From Candidatus Bathyarchaeia archaeon (GTDB taxonomy: Archaea; Thermoproteota; Bathyarchaeia; Bathyarchaeales; Bathycorpusculaceae), in contig JBEKKK010000003.1 of the NCBI GenBank assembly GCA_050010755.1, positions 32,001 through 96,000 on the forward strand: DNA of 64,000 nucleotides, in the 5' to 3' direction. The notes beneath the pieces are model-generated. The model was not told where the DNA came from. It was given only the letters and a program-made list of their open reading frames with translations, and made no database searches. Every line of letters starts with the position of its first letter. Position 1 is the first letter of the stretch. This document shows positions 30,739-39,817 of this stretch, piece by piece. Made by a program: the position numbers and the translations under genes.

Positions 30739-32297
30739 CCCATGAAACCTCCAACGCCATGTACATGTGCGGGATGGACGCCGCCGATCCCGCTGAACGT
30801 TGAATAGTACGATGTGTGTGCGATAATCAGGGGTCCGTAATACAGGAAGAACAGGTTTGATGGGATATACGTGAATTGCACTGGAGTTTTCTCAATCTTC
30901 GCCGTTGGATCAAGGCTCTTGACAAGTTCGTTCTTGATTCCGTGAATCATTCTGACTGAAAGGCTTATCAGTTCGGAACGCTCCAGGCCTGTGGCATAAG
31001 ACCCGAGCAAGGAATAAGCTTTTTCCATCAGGTCAAGAGTCTCATTAGCCTCAAGGGTCGGTATTGAAGCAAGTATTGCACCTGCCACGACTGGATACTC
31101 CAGATAATTCTTGAGTGCGTCCAGAATAATAGTCATCTTGGTCTTCACATCATCTGGTCCCAAATCGGAAATTGATAGATAGGCGGAAGCAAGTTCAGTG
31201 TCCTCTGATTTCTCGTATCCCATTGAACTGAACAGTGATCTGAATGATTGGAACTTACCAGGCAGCTGGTCTGAGGAGTCATTAATTATGGACAGTATTG
31301 CGGCTGATTCATATGAAGAGGTCATTTTGGAAAATTCCACGAGTTTGTCAGTGGGATATGTGCCGTCAAATCTTCTTCCAAACATAATAATGGCGGCAAC
31401 ACCGGCCGATAGTTGCTTGGGAACTTTAGCGTCGTGCCTGACTTTTTTTTCAAGAGTTATCAAAGTCTCTGACAGACTCTGAAGATCAGAATTTGGCGAT
31501 TGAGAGGGATCCGCTCTGGATGAGGTCATGATTTCCGCTGCCATCATCTTGTTTTCGATGGTGGAACTGAAATGGTGAAGAACGGCAAGTGAAAGAAGGA
31601 ATCTTTGATTGATTTGATTCTGGTCGCCCTGAAGCTTCGCCAATCCTATTGACACGCTCCAGAGTTGAGAGGGATCAGTGTTCGGAAATTCGGTTCTGAT
31701 GTTGGATTCGTAAAAGCTGCCCCTCTCTGCTATAGATCGCAATTCGCCGGACGTCTCCTTGGACTCTTCAATGAAGTCCGAAAACTGGCTATCGGAGACC
31801 CTGTAGTTCCTGACATTGAGATCGTTCAGGGTAATTACCCCGAGACCAGTAAGTGCCAAATATCTCCCGTCATACTGCACCATCCTGTCAATCATGGATT
31901 TCTTCCCAACAAGCTCCTTTATCTTAGAGTCTATTCCGTCTATGTCAGCTTCTTCTTTGGAGACAACGTTCCTTTCGCTTTCCACAGTCTCAAGTTCAGC
32001 TTGCTTCTTATCTTTCCCCTCGAAATGGAACAGGATTGAATGAGTTTTCCTCTCCTCTTCTTCCAGAGTGGCCTCTGCACCTGCTTCTTCCATCTTCTTA
32101 TCCTGCCACTCTTCGGTCATCTTTGTCAGGTTTGAGACATCGGCTAAAGTCTGATCATAATCTTGTTTCTGCATCACCGAGAGGTAAGCATTGGTGGAGA
32201 GAAAATCCATATCAGCCTGTTGAATTTGCGTCGAAACTGATTTTGCAGCTATTTGAGACAAAAATGTTCTTACGTCATTGCATTCCATTTCGGTCAC
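30735..32297 (-). CDS. hypothetical coiled-coil + helical-repeat protein with His/Gly-rich C-terminal tail
   Basis: 520 aa; E/K coiled coil near residues 45-135, helical body (possibly DUF4003-like), tail GGVHPAHVHGVGGFMG; overlaps both neighbours. Confidence 0.75.
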   Translation of the reverse strand: MTEMECNDVRTFLSQIAAKSVSTQIQQADMDFLSTNAYLSVMQKQDYDQTLADVSNLTKMTEEWQDKKMEEAGAEATLEEEERKTHSILFHFEGKDKKQAELETVESERNVVSKEEADIDGIDSKIKELVGKKSMIDRMVQYDGRYLALTGLGVITLNDLNVRNYRVSDSQFSDFIEESKETSGELRSIAERGSFYESNIRTEFPNTDPSQLWSVSIGLAKLQGDQNQINQRFLLSLAVLHHFSSTIENKMMAAEIMTSSRADPSQSPNSDLQSLSETLITLEKKVRHDAKVPKQLSAGVAAIIMFGRRFDGTYPTDKLVEFSKMTSSYESAAILSIINDSSDQLPGKFQSFRSLFSSMGYEKSEDTELASAYLSISDLGPDDVKTKMTIILDALKNYLEYPVVAGAILASIPTLEANETLDLMEKAYSLLGSYATGLERSELISLSVRMIHGIKNELVKSLDPTAKIEKTPVQFTYIPSNLFFLYYGPLIIAHTSYYSTFSGIGGVHPAHVHGVGGFMG

Positions 32298-33463
32298 CAG
32301 TCAATAATCGGGAATTTCTTAATTAAACGTTGCTCTCCCAGATTGTTACCCACGATTAGTTCAAGACTTTGTCCCTCATGTGCAAGGTCAATGACTTCAT
32401 CGTCCTTGAGGGCTTCTCTGAGGAGATATTCGAACTGCAATTTCCTGTCCGTTATGATTCCGAACCTTGCGATTCGTTCTCGTTCTATCTGTTCATAAGC
32501 GTACATGAATTCGTAGAGTGATCTGTATATCTGATCGTCTATCTTCTCATGGATTTTCTTTTCCCCGACGGTTATCCATTCCAGGCCTTCGAGATCTACG
32601 AAGTAAATGGTGCCGTCTGGAGCGAGAACTGCGTCCTTGTCTAGCCAAACATCGTAGAAATCTAGTCCACTGAAGGTTCCATCCTCGTTGCTTTTTATTG
32701 ACCTAGTGAACAAAGTCAGGAAGGCGATTCCACTCTTGACGAAATTCTTCAGAAACTCTAACGCTTTGTCATTCTCGTCTATTCCGAAGAGGTCAAAGAT
32801 TGAGCGTATGTTTCCGCCGATTGTGCTGCCAGAATGAAAATAAATCCTCACGTTGGAAGGAACCAGTCTTGTTTCCTGAACCATCCTTCCCCCGAATCTC
32901 CGATACCAATATACTTTCTTAATTTCATTCTCAAGGTCTTCAGGAAGAAAAGCTATTTTCACGAGGGGCGCGACTCGAAATCCGTGAATGGAGGTAAGAT
33001 CAGCCATTTCTGACACTCTCATCGAAGTAGTTGCGTGCTCTAGCCCCTGCCCGCCATACGGGGAACCTCTTAACCATAATTCCCCCGTAATGTATCGCGG
33101 AGCTTCTCCCTCGGAATTTACGATTCTGTCTTTGAGTTTGGAATCTTTCAACAGGTTGCATATTTCAGCTTTTCCGAGAACCTGATGAGAAAACGGATTG
33201 GTTATTGAACCTATGCCTTTAATCGAAAGATAAAAGTCAGTGCCGTCCATTTCCAAATAAGGCAAAGTGGAAACAGCTCCTCTGTTATCGTCTATAATAA
33301 ACTCTTTCGCACCCAAAGGGCTGAGACCCGTAAAAGGCCTCATACTATCCGGAAGGTAAATCCTTTCAAATTCAGGCATTTTGAATTCTTGAAAATGCTT
33401 GTTTGTCAGTATTTCAGAAGCTTCATAGATGTTCAGACTAAGCGGCAGACCTTTCAACTTCAT
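32294..33463 (-). CDS. divergent SelO/YdiU-like kinase-fold nucleotidyltransferase
   Basis: DDNRG, SIKGIG..TNPFS, RLVPSNVR, KDAVL..DGTIYFVDLE occur in the same order as SelO GDGRG, LKGAG.TPYS, RVAPSHLR, NTDN...LDYG. Confidence 0.6.
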   Translation of the reverse strand: MKLKGLPLSLNIYEASEILTNKHFQEFKMPEFERIYLPDSMRPFTGLSPLGAKEFIIDDNRGAVSTLPYLEMDGTDFYLSIKGIGSITNPFSHQVLGKAEICNLLKDSKLKDRIVNSEGEAPRYITGELWLRGSPYGGQGLEHATTSMRVSEMADLTSIHGFRVAPLVKIAFLPEDLENEIKKVYWYRRFGGRMVQETRLVPSNVRIYFHSGSTIGGNIRSIFDLFGIDENDKALEFLKNFVKSGIAFLTLFTRSIKSNEDGTFSGLDFYDVWLDKDAVLAPDGTIYFVDLEGLEWITVGEKKIHEKIDDQIYRSLYEFMYAYEQIERERIARFGIITDRKLQFEYLLREALKDDEVIDLAHEGQSLELIVGNNLGEQRLIKKFPIIDW

Positions 33464-33784
33464 GAGAATTCGACACTTCGTAAGGATGGTTCAACTCTTA
33501 AATGTTCTCGTTCGTCGTCGCTAAAGGAAGAGATTCCCCCTAGCTAACGCAAAATCTAGCATCAGGCATCACGGCGGACATTTTCTATCGTACCTGCGGG
33601 CGCAGTTAGGCATGAAACGATGGGCCTTGCCCCCCCAAGTTTATAGAGAGTCTTGCCTGACCCTTGAAACTATACCTAGTGCGCGTTCTCTTCTAAAGGT
33701 TGCAACCAGCTCAAACAAGTCTTGCCTTGCGATTCTTGAAAAGAGAAAAAACGGGGAGAGTTCTTTAGCTCCGGTATTCAACCG

Positions 33785-36460
33785 TTACGAGGCGTAGATT
33801 CCTGCCCACTCCGAGGTTGCTACTGCCGTGTTCGACATGCCCGCTGTTATACGTGCGGTTGCGATGCTGCCTGTGAACGTATCGGTGACGACGCAGTATA
33901 CGTAGGAGGATCCAGCAGGTATGCCGCTCCACGTGAAAGTGGATATTGCCGAGTTTGTCGTTGATGGACCTGCCGTCGGTGCACTGTTCTGGCCGTTTGC
34001 CAGTGTGCCATAATACCATTGTATGAGACGGTCTTTGACGTTTCCGTAGCCTGAGGCGCAAGTTGCTGTGAAGGTTATGTTGTCGCCCGCGCTAATTGTA
34101 GATGTGATTGGGTTTATTGTTACTAAAGGTCCGAAAGTTCCGATTGGGCTTGTTACACCGAACTGTCTGACTGCATATGCGAGGGATTTCATGTTGACTG
34201 TTCTGATGTTCACAAGGTCATCCGTGAACACCCAGTTCGATGGAATAGGCTGCGCGTAGCTAGAGCCGAACGCACGGGCTATTGAGGCGATGTCTTTCAT
34301 GTTGACTGTTCCGTCACGGTTAACGTCTGCTGGCAGATACTCACTTTGCGGTTGCGTTGCGACAGCCTGGTTTGCTTCTGGGACGTAGTAGAACTTGTAT
34401 TCGTTGAAGAAGTTGTGGCCTGGATAGATTGGGTTGTAGTACCAGCCCTGAACCCAGTCGTACTCAAAGTGGCGGCCCCAGTATTGAATTAATGTAATGC
34501 TCGGGCAGTCAGCTATGGCTAACTGTTGAATTTGGCTGCAAAGCGCCAGTCTCTGCGGACCGTTTGGAAGAGCGATAACCTGGTCAATAAGCCCATCCAT
34601 CGTCGCGTCAGAGTACAGTTGCCATGATGCGAAAGCGCCTCCAGTGTGGTAGAAAGGCAGCGCAAAGTCGTACGGGTCTGGGAAGTCAACGAGCCAGCCG
34701 ATAACATACGTAGACAGTTCCTGCGATTCTGCTGCTGTCAGGTAGGTGCCCCAGTCGAGGTTTATGATGTTGACGTGGAAGGTCGGACTTATGCTCTGCA
34801 CTGCTGTCTGAATCAGAGTGCCCAACTCTTCCGGCATTGCGTTGCCAACCCAATAGGCCAACGTTATCGTGAAACCCGTGCTCATCAGTCCCGGCCACAT
34901 GTTGAAGTACTGAGTGGCCATGGTCAGGTTGTAGTTGTAGCCAGTGATGCTTGCATTGTATCCGTATAAGCCTGGGATGATGGCTGTTGCTGGTATGAAG
35001 CCCTCACCCAACGCCGTAACTGCGAGCTCCCGCGCGTAGTCGATGCTGTACGCGAAGGCCTTCCTCATGTCGATACCGTATGGGTTACCAAATTGTGCGT
35101 CACCGAAGAAGTTGCTCGGAATTCCAGCAGGGTTAAAGCTTGCGGGACCTCCGCCAACCGGTGCGTCGATTACTCCGTAAGGAGTCGCGCTCGATATGTT
35201 CATTGTGAAGAACAGCGCGTCGACTTCCAGCTCAGCTAGGTTTGCGTAGCAACGGATGCCAGCATCTGGAAGGTTTGTCGATGATGTGGGCAATGGGTAG
35301 TAGCTTCCTGTGTAGCCGGCCGAGTAGATGTCACCGATGCTCTCAAATGACGGAACAGCCGCGAAGTCGCAGTCGCCAGATTTGAAGTATCCCTGTGCTA
35401 CTGACCATGCGTAATTCCATGAGACTTCAATAGTGTTCGCGTAGCCTGCAACCTGCGCACCAGCCTCATTTGGGTAGAAGCACGGAGCTCCGCCCCACCA
35501 GTTGGGGTTTCTCGTTGCCGCCCAGTAGTTGCTATAGTAGTTCGGTGTGCTCGCATTCAGCACGAACGGGCCAGAACCGTACTCCATTGGAGTCGGATAG
35601 TCCAGAGGCGAGTACGCCGGCTCCCAGTAAGGCAGCCAGCCTGTCAGGTTCATATTGCCCAAACCATAAAGGGAATCATAGAATCCCGGCCAGTCTGGTC
35701 GCCCTGCTCCTGTGATGACTTGGTTGTTGACCCACTGCTTGCTCTCGATGGCTGACCATGTCTGGCACAGAATCTGCAGGAACGGTGCGTAAGCGCCTGG
35801 GAACATGATGTTGAACCAAACATCCGTAGCGTTATACTCAACACAGTCTCTGACCAGCGCGCCAACCTCTGCAAGCTGCGTCATGTTCGTGAAATCGGCC
35901 AATCCTCCAGTTGTCGCATTGTTAAGGCCTCCAGCTTGGTCAAGCAAGGGTTCATCCAGCATCCATTGTGGACCGGATAATCTGTCCTGGAACAACGTGC
36001 GTTGGAAGCTGTAAGCAACGTCTGCAGTTGTTAGACTGTAGTTGTATGGAGGCTGGAACTCGACGCCCTGTCGGAGCTTGAAGTCATACTGCCAAAAGTA
36101 CTGGGCGGTAGACAGGTTTTGAGCGGAGTTTTCAAAGTGCAATCTGGATATGGAGTCAGAGGTCACTGTGTGCACCGGACCATCCGACTCGCTCGTAGCG
36201 AGTGCGAATATGTACGGCGTGCTTGAGCTCTCTGTGTTCCACATGAGGAGTGTGTCCATCGTGTTCTGTATGATTTCGCCGCTTGCAGTGTCGTAGATCC
36301 ATGAGTAGTCAACCGACTGTGGGTTTCCACCCTGAATGGTGATGTCGTACAAGTCCATCGGTCTCTTTATAGTCGGCGATGCCATTACGGTTGGCAGCAG
36401 AATCGCCGAAATTCCAAGCAGAACACCTAAAATCAATGCTATCGGCAATAATCTGTTCAT
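33785..36460 (-). CDS. peptide/nickel ABC substrate-binding protein (family 5) with C-terminal dockerin-like and Ig/PKD-like domains
   Basis: Signal peptide; YDTASGEII, FKLRQGVEF...LTTADVAYSFQR, GSGPF, MRKAFAYSID, GWLVDFPDP; ADVNRDGTVNMKDIASIARAFG dockerin repeat. Confidence 0.88.
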   Translation of the reverse strand: MNRLLPIALILGVLLGISAILLPTVMASPTIKRPMDLYDITIQGGNPQSVDYSWIYDTASGEIIQNTMDTLLMWNTESSSTPYIFALATSESDGPVHTVTSDSISRLHFENSAQNLSTAQYFWQYDFKLRQGVEFQPPYNYSLTTADVAYSFQRTLFQDRLSGPQWMLDEPLLDQAGGLNNATTGGLADFTNMTQLAEVGALVRDCVEYNATDVWFNIMFPGAYAPFLQILCQTWSAIESKQWVNNQVITGAGRPDWPGFYDSLYGLGNMNLTGWLPYWEPAYSPLDYPTPMEYGSGPFVLNASTPNYYSNYWAATRNPNWWGGAPCFYPNEAGAQVAGYANTIEVSWNYAWSVAQGYFKSGDCDFAAVPSFESIGDIYSAGYTGSYYPLPTSSTNLPDAGIRCYANLAELEVDALFFTMNISSATPYGVIDAPVGGGPASFNPAGIPSNFFGDAQFGNPYGIDMRKAFAYSIDYARELAVTALGEGFIPATAIIPGLYGYNASITGYNYNLTMATQYFNMWPGLMSTGFTITLAYWVGNAMPEELGTLIQTAVQSISPTFHVNIINLDWGTYLTAAESQELSTYVIGWLVDFPDPYDFALPFYHTGGAFASWQLYSDATMDGLIDQVIALPNGPQRLALCSQIQQLAIADCPSITLIQYWGRHFEYDWVQGWYYNPIYPGHNFFNEYKFYYVPEANQAVATQPQSEYLPADVNRDGTVNMKDIASIARAFGSSYAQPIPSNWVFTDDLVNIRTVNMKSLAYAVRQFGVTSPIGTFGPLVTINPITSTISAGDNITFTATCASGYGNVKDRLIQWYYGTLANGQNSAPTAGPSTTNSAISTFTWSGIPAGSSYVYCVVTDTFTGSIATARITAGMSNTAVATSEWAGIYAS

Positions 36461-36773
36461 TATTGTTCATCCCGCTCAAGTTAAGAAGTTTGCCTATCCC
36501 CCAATCAACTCTTAGCGTTCAATCTATTTAAGATTAGGATATTGCCAGGGCATAACGTGCACCAAATGAACCGTCGGATCTTTGGCAATCCGGAATAGTT
36601 GCTTAGCACGCGGAACGTATTATTTTCCCCCTCCGCCCCTGAATCATATGAGACGGTTCCACATTTTTAAGGAAAACAAAACCTGATAAACCTGAAATGA
36701 ATCTGGAATTCGTATTCCACCTTCATAATCCAATTAAATAATCAGCCTGTATCTGACTCACAATGGAGGAAGG

Positions 36774-37025
36774 TTGTTGAGGCAGAATATCTCATCTAGG
36801 CACAGGAAAGAACTTGCCAGCAAGATTGGCAGAGTAATTAAACAGGATACTAAGGTGCTCCCAGAAGACATGCAGAAAATCCTCGCAGACGACTTGGTTA
36901 CAGCTTTCTTCAACAGACTAAAAGTATTAACCCAAGAGAAGACTGACCAAGCTAACCTTGACCTAACAATGCAGCTCTCGAACGAAACAGTCGAAATCAT
37001 TCACGGGCATCCCAGACAAAGCTAA
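36774..37025 (+). CDS. small hypothetical protein
   Basis: GGAGGAAGG SD before TTG; helical 83 aa (MQKILADDLVTAFFNRL). Confidence 0.6.
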   Translation: MLRQNISSRHRKELASKIGRVIKQDTKVLPEDMQKILADDLVTAFFNRLKVLTQEKTDQANLDLTMQLSNETVEIIHGHPRQS

Positions 37026-37438
37026 GTCTTCAAAAGAGAAGACCGATCTGCTTTGCCGGAAGACAACGCAACGCACATGTTGCGATCAAGTGGGCGCCTC
37101 TGAACAAGCGGACGTTTCGAAAAGTATTGGTAGCCGCATTCGCACTTGAACCCAGAAAACTCGTCCGAACGCGGATCTATAATTGGCTTAACCCTGGACA
37201 ACGGCGCTCTGCACTTTGCCTCTTGCTTATGCTTTTTCCAGAGGATGACGAGTTCATCCAGAGTCAAAGGCGCAGATCTCTTAGCGTGGGCTACGAACCA
37301 GAAACTGTACCCACCAAGTGCAGACCAAAGAATACACATAAGCACGTCTAACATCTTGCCTGATGCACCGCCATGGCACCTGAAAACTAACCAAACACAG
37401 ATATTTAACGCGTGTGAAGCAAGAAAATAGATGACCAC
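37022..37438 (-). CDS. hypothetical membrane-anchored protein with H/C zinc-ribbon-like motif
   Basis: TM then LWKKH...C...GFKCECGY; real start probably the internal MLDVL. Confidence 0.6.
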   Translation of the reverse strand: MVIYFLASHALNICVWLVFRCHGGASGKMLDVLMCILWSALGGYSFWFVAHAKRSAPLTLDELVILWKKHKQEAKCRAPLSRVKPIIDPRSDEFSGFKCECGYQYFSKRPLVQRRPLDRNMCVALSSGKADRSSLLKT

Positions 37439-38010
37439 TAACTGAAGCTATAAGCCTTAAACCCAGCGAAGAGGTTGTCGTGAACATAACAGCACGTTAG
37501 GTTGTTTTGTGCAGCCGAAAGCATTTTGACATCACAGATGCGCAGAAAGTGCAAAATCTGATTGCTTAAAGTCACAAGGGGCGTGCCGGGGGACACTGAA
37601 GGGACAATTATTCCCAGAATAGCGCCAACCACCAGACCGAACAGCAAAAACACTAGTATTGCCACGATGGCAATTGCAAGCCCTCCTAACCATCCTGTCC
37701 TGAACGTGTGTTTGTACACCCATACCCAAGCCACGAACGCCAGTATGTACCCCAATGCGTAAGCCGCTCCGCCAATGATTCCCTTGAGAAAGAAACTCAC
37801 GCCAACCACAACTATGAAATAGATTATCGGCCCCAGCAGCGTTGCAGCCATGGCCTCCCCCAACGTGGATCTCCCACCTGTCACAATTTTTCCAGCAAGA
37901 TAAGCAGGAATCGACACGATTATCCACAGTATAACAAGCCCTATTATTATCGCAATCAGGGTGAGCACAGTGAATCCATTCGGGAATATACTTGCCGAAA
38001 GCGACATCAT
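37438..38010 (-). CDS. multi-TM membrane protein
   Basis: 4 TM segments; STLGEAMAATL, YKHTFRTGWLG. Confidence 0.7.
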   Translation of the reverse strand: MMSLSASIFPNGFTVLTLIAIIIGLVILWIIVSIPAYLAGKIVTGGRSTLGEAMAATLLGPIIYFIVVVGVSFFLKGIIGGAAYALGYILAFVAWVWVYKHTFRTGWLGGLAIAIVAILVFLLFGLVVGAILGIIVPSVSPGTPLVTLSNQILHFLRICDVKMLSAAQNNLTCCYVHDNLFAGFKAYSFS

Positions 38011-38144
38011 TTCACCCTACTATTTGCGTCTTCATTTTATAACCTTTAAGCACAGAACACTCTCGCCATAGAAACACGCGCGCTCATCTGGCATTCCGCC
38101 GAGCGATACGCGCCCTCACTCTTGCTAAGCTCTAGACCATTTTG

Positions 38145-39245
38145 TCATCGCAGATAAGATCCCAAGATTTCAAAGTCAAACTTCTTGGCCTTCAATACTT
38201 TCAGGGCAAACTCAAGAAGCTGCACCCGCACTTTCATCGGCAGCTGAGGATAAGACATTGGCGAAGCCAAGACGAGGCTGCGCCAAGCATAGAAGGGCTG
38301 AATAACACTTAGGACTTCTTCGTCGCCAGTCTTGTCCAGATAGTTCCGCCAGAAAAGCAGGAAAAGCCGTTCGAATGGCCCCGACATATCCCCGGACATC
38401 GCGGACATCTGGAGAGAATGGAAGATGTAGCTCATGGTCATGGCGCTCACGTCGTCCGCAGGCTCACCCAACTCGCCTCCGAGACGGTTCAACACTGTGA
38501 AGTCTAGGGCCTGCCTGAACATCACGTTCCAAGGGTAAAAGTTTCCATGCACCTGAGACAGCCTGTGAGCCTTGTGTTTGAGGTTCCAACGCCACTCTAC
38601 ACACATTTTCTCAAAATTGACGAAGAACTTTTCATCGACGTGCCCTGAACCGACTGTGTAACCGTCCGTCAACCCGAAAATTCCCTCTCCGCGCCCCAGC
38701 ATATCACGGACACGTCTAACGTATAGACCAGGAGAGTCTTTCTTCTTTACCGAATGAACACCGGCCAGGTAGTCGGACAAGGCCACGCAGCGCTCCTCGT
38801 CCAGACTGCAAAATTCGCTAGTCTGTCTTATCCTGTTCAAGTCAGACTGGTACAGTTCACCGTCGACATAGTCGGTCAGGATGAAGAACTCGCAACAATC
38901 ACCCAACGACTTGAGTCTTCCATTGTCACCGGTGAACGAACCGATGTCAACGGAACGCACGTGGCGGGGCAGCGCGTTAAACGTCGAATGTTGCATCAGC
39001 AAGACCGATGCGCGGTCAGCAAAATAGTCATGTCCGAAGTCTGCATGTCGCAAGGTTGCTAGAACCACGCGCCTCGTTTCTCCTCCGACTCGGAACTCGA
39101 CAAAGTACTGCTCGCCGTAACCGAAGCCCTTCAATTCTGCCAAGTCTTTCGCCTGGCGAAGAGGAACGACGCGAGAAACTTCTACGGACCGCTTGCAAAC
39201 GCCTGAAAGATACTCCTGCACTCGCTCAACCCTCAACTCAGACAA
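38145..39245 (-). CDS. aminoglycoside phosphotransferase-like (kinase fold) protein, catalytic Asp residues replaced
   Basis: KGFGYG, FGHDYFADRA, HGNFYPWN, LNR...GEPADDV. Confidence 0.75.
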   Translation of the reverse strand: MSELRVERVQEYLSGVCKRSVEVSRVVPLRQAKDLAELKGFGYGEQYFVEFRVGGETRRVVLATLRHADFGHDYFADRASVLLMQHSTFNALPRHVRSVDIGSFTGDNGRLKSLGDCCEFFILTDYVDGELYQSDLNRIRQTSEFCSLDEERCVALSDYLAGVHSVKKKDSPGLYVRRVRDMLGRGEGIFGLTDGYTVGSGHVDEKFFVNFEKMCVEWRWNLKHKAHRLSQVHGNFYPWNVMFRQALDFTVLNRLGGELGEPADDVSAMTMSYIFHSLQMSAMSGDMSGPFERLFLLFWRNYLDKTGDEEVLSVIQPFYAWRSLVLASPMSYPQLPMKVRVQLLEFALKVLKAKKFDFEILGSYLR

Positions 39246-39412
39246 GAAACCTCACCAGAACAAACAGGGTGTCAAAGAACGGTAAAAACATAACGATACC
39301 GCACCAGCGCACTCTTAGCAGGTCGACTGCTTGTCCAAAACGTTAGTGTCAATTTGGAATTTCGTACGGCGTCACGTGAGTTCTAACCGAAGAGCAAGAT
39401 TGTAAGTGGCGA

Positions 39413-39817
39413 CTATAAAGAAATACGTTGCCTGGTCAACGTTAGCTTCGTTGCCTTCTGCTCGAAATGACGAGTCAAAAAGGCACAAACCGTTGCTATC
39501 AATGCCCCAGGAATGAACATAATGACAATCTTGGTCAACAAACTCGCAACTATGAGCAGGACTCCGATGCCTGCCGTTGCCCATAACAGTTTCAGATGAT
39601 GCTTCGTCCGTGCTATTCGACTGTCAAGGTGGCCTAATACTTTGGCTTCTTCCGTGCGACTGATAGTGTCGAGATACTTGCGTTCACACTCGTATGAGCA
39701 TATGGGAATTCGCAGCGTGCCGTCGTTGAAGAGAGTTTTGCGGGTTGGTTTTTTGCACACTGTGCAGAGGCTTTGCGATTTCATCGCGCTAGTGGCCACC
39801 CATTTTGCTGGCTTCAA
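39413..39817 (-). CDS. TRASH-like Cys motif + 2-TM membrane protein
   Basis: CTVC...ICSYEC followed by two TM helices; overlaps upstream gene. Confidence 0.65.
   Translation of the reverse strand: MKPAKWVATSAMKSQSLCTVCKKPTRKTLFNDGTLRIPICSYECERKYLDTISRTEEAKVLGHLDSRIARTKHHLKLLWATAGIGVLLIVASLLTKIVIMFIPGALIATVCAFLTRHFEQKATKLTLTRQRISL

Noticed and set aside
37438-37560. Odd C-terminal extension of the membrane protein abutting the next ORF
   Set aside because: Could be a lost stop codon, but cannot be judged without homologs.
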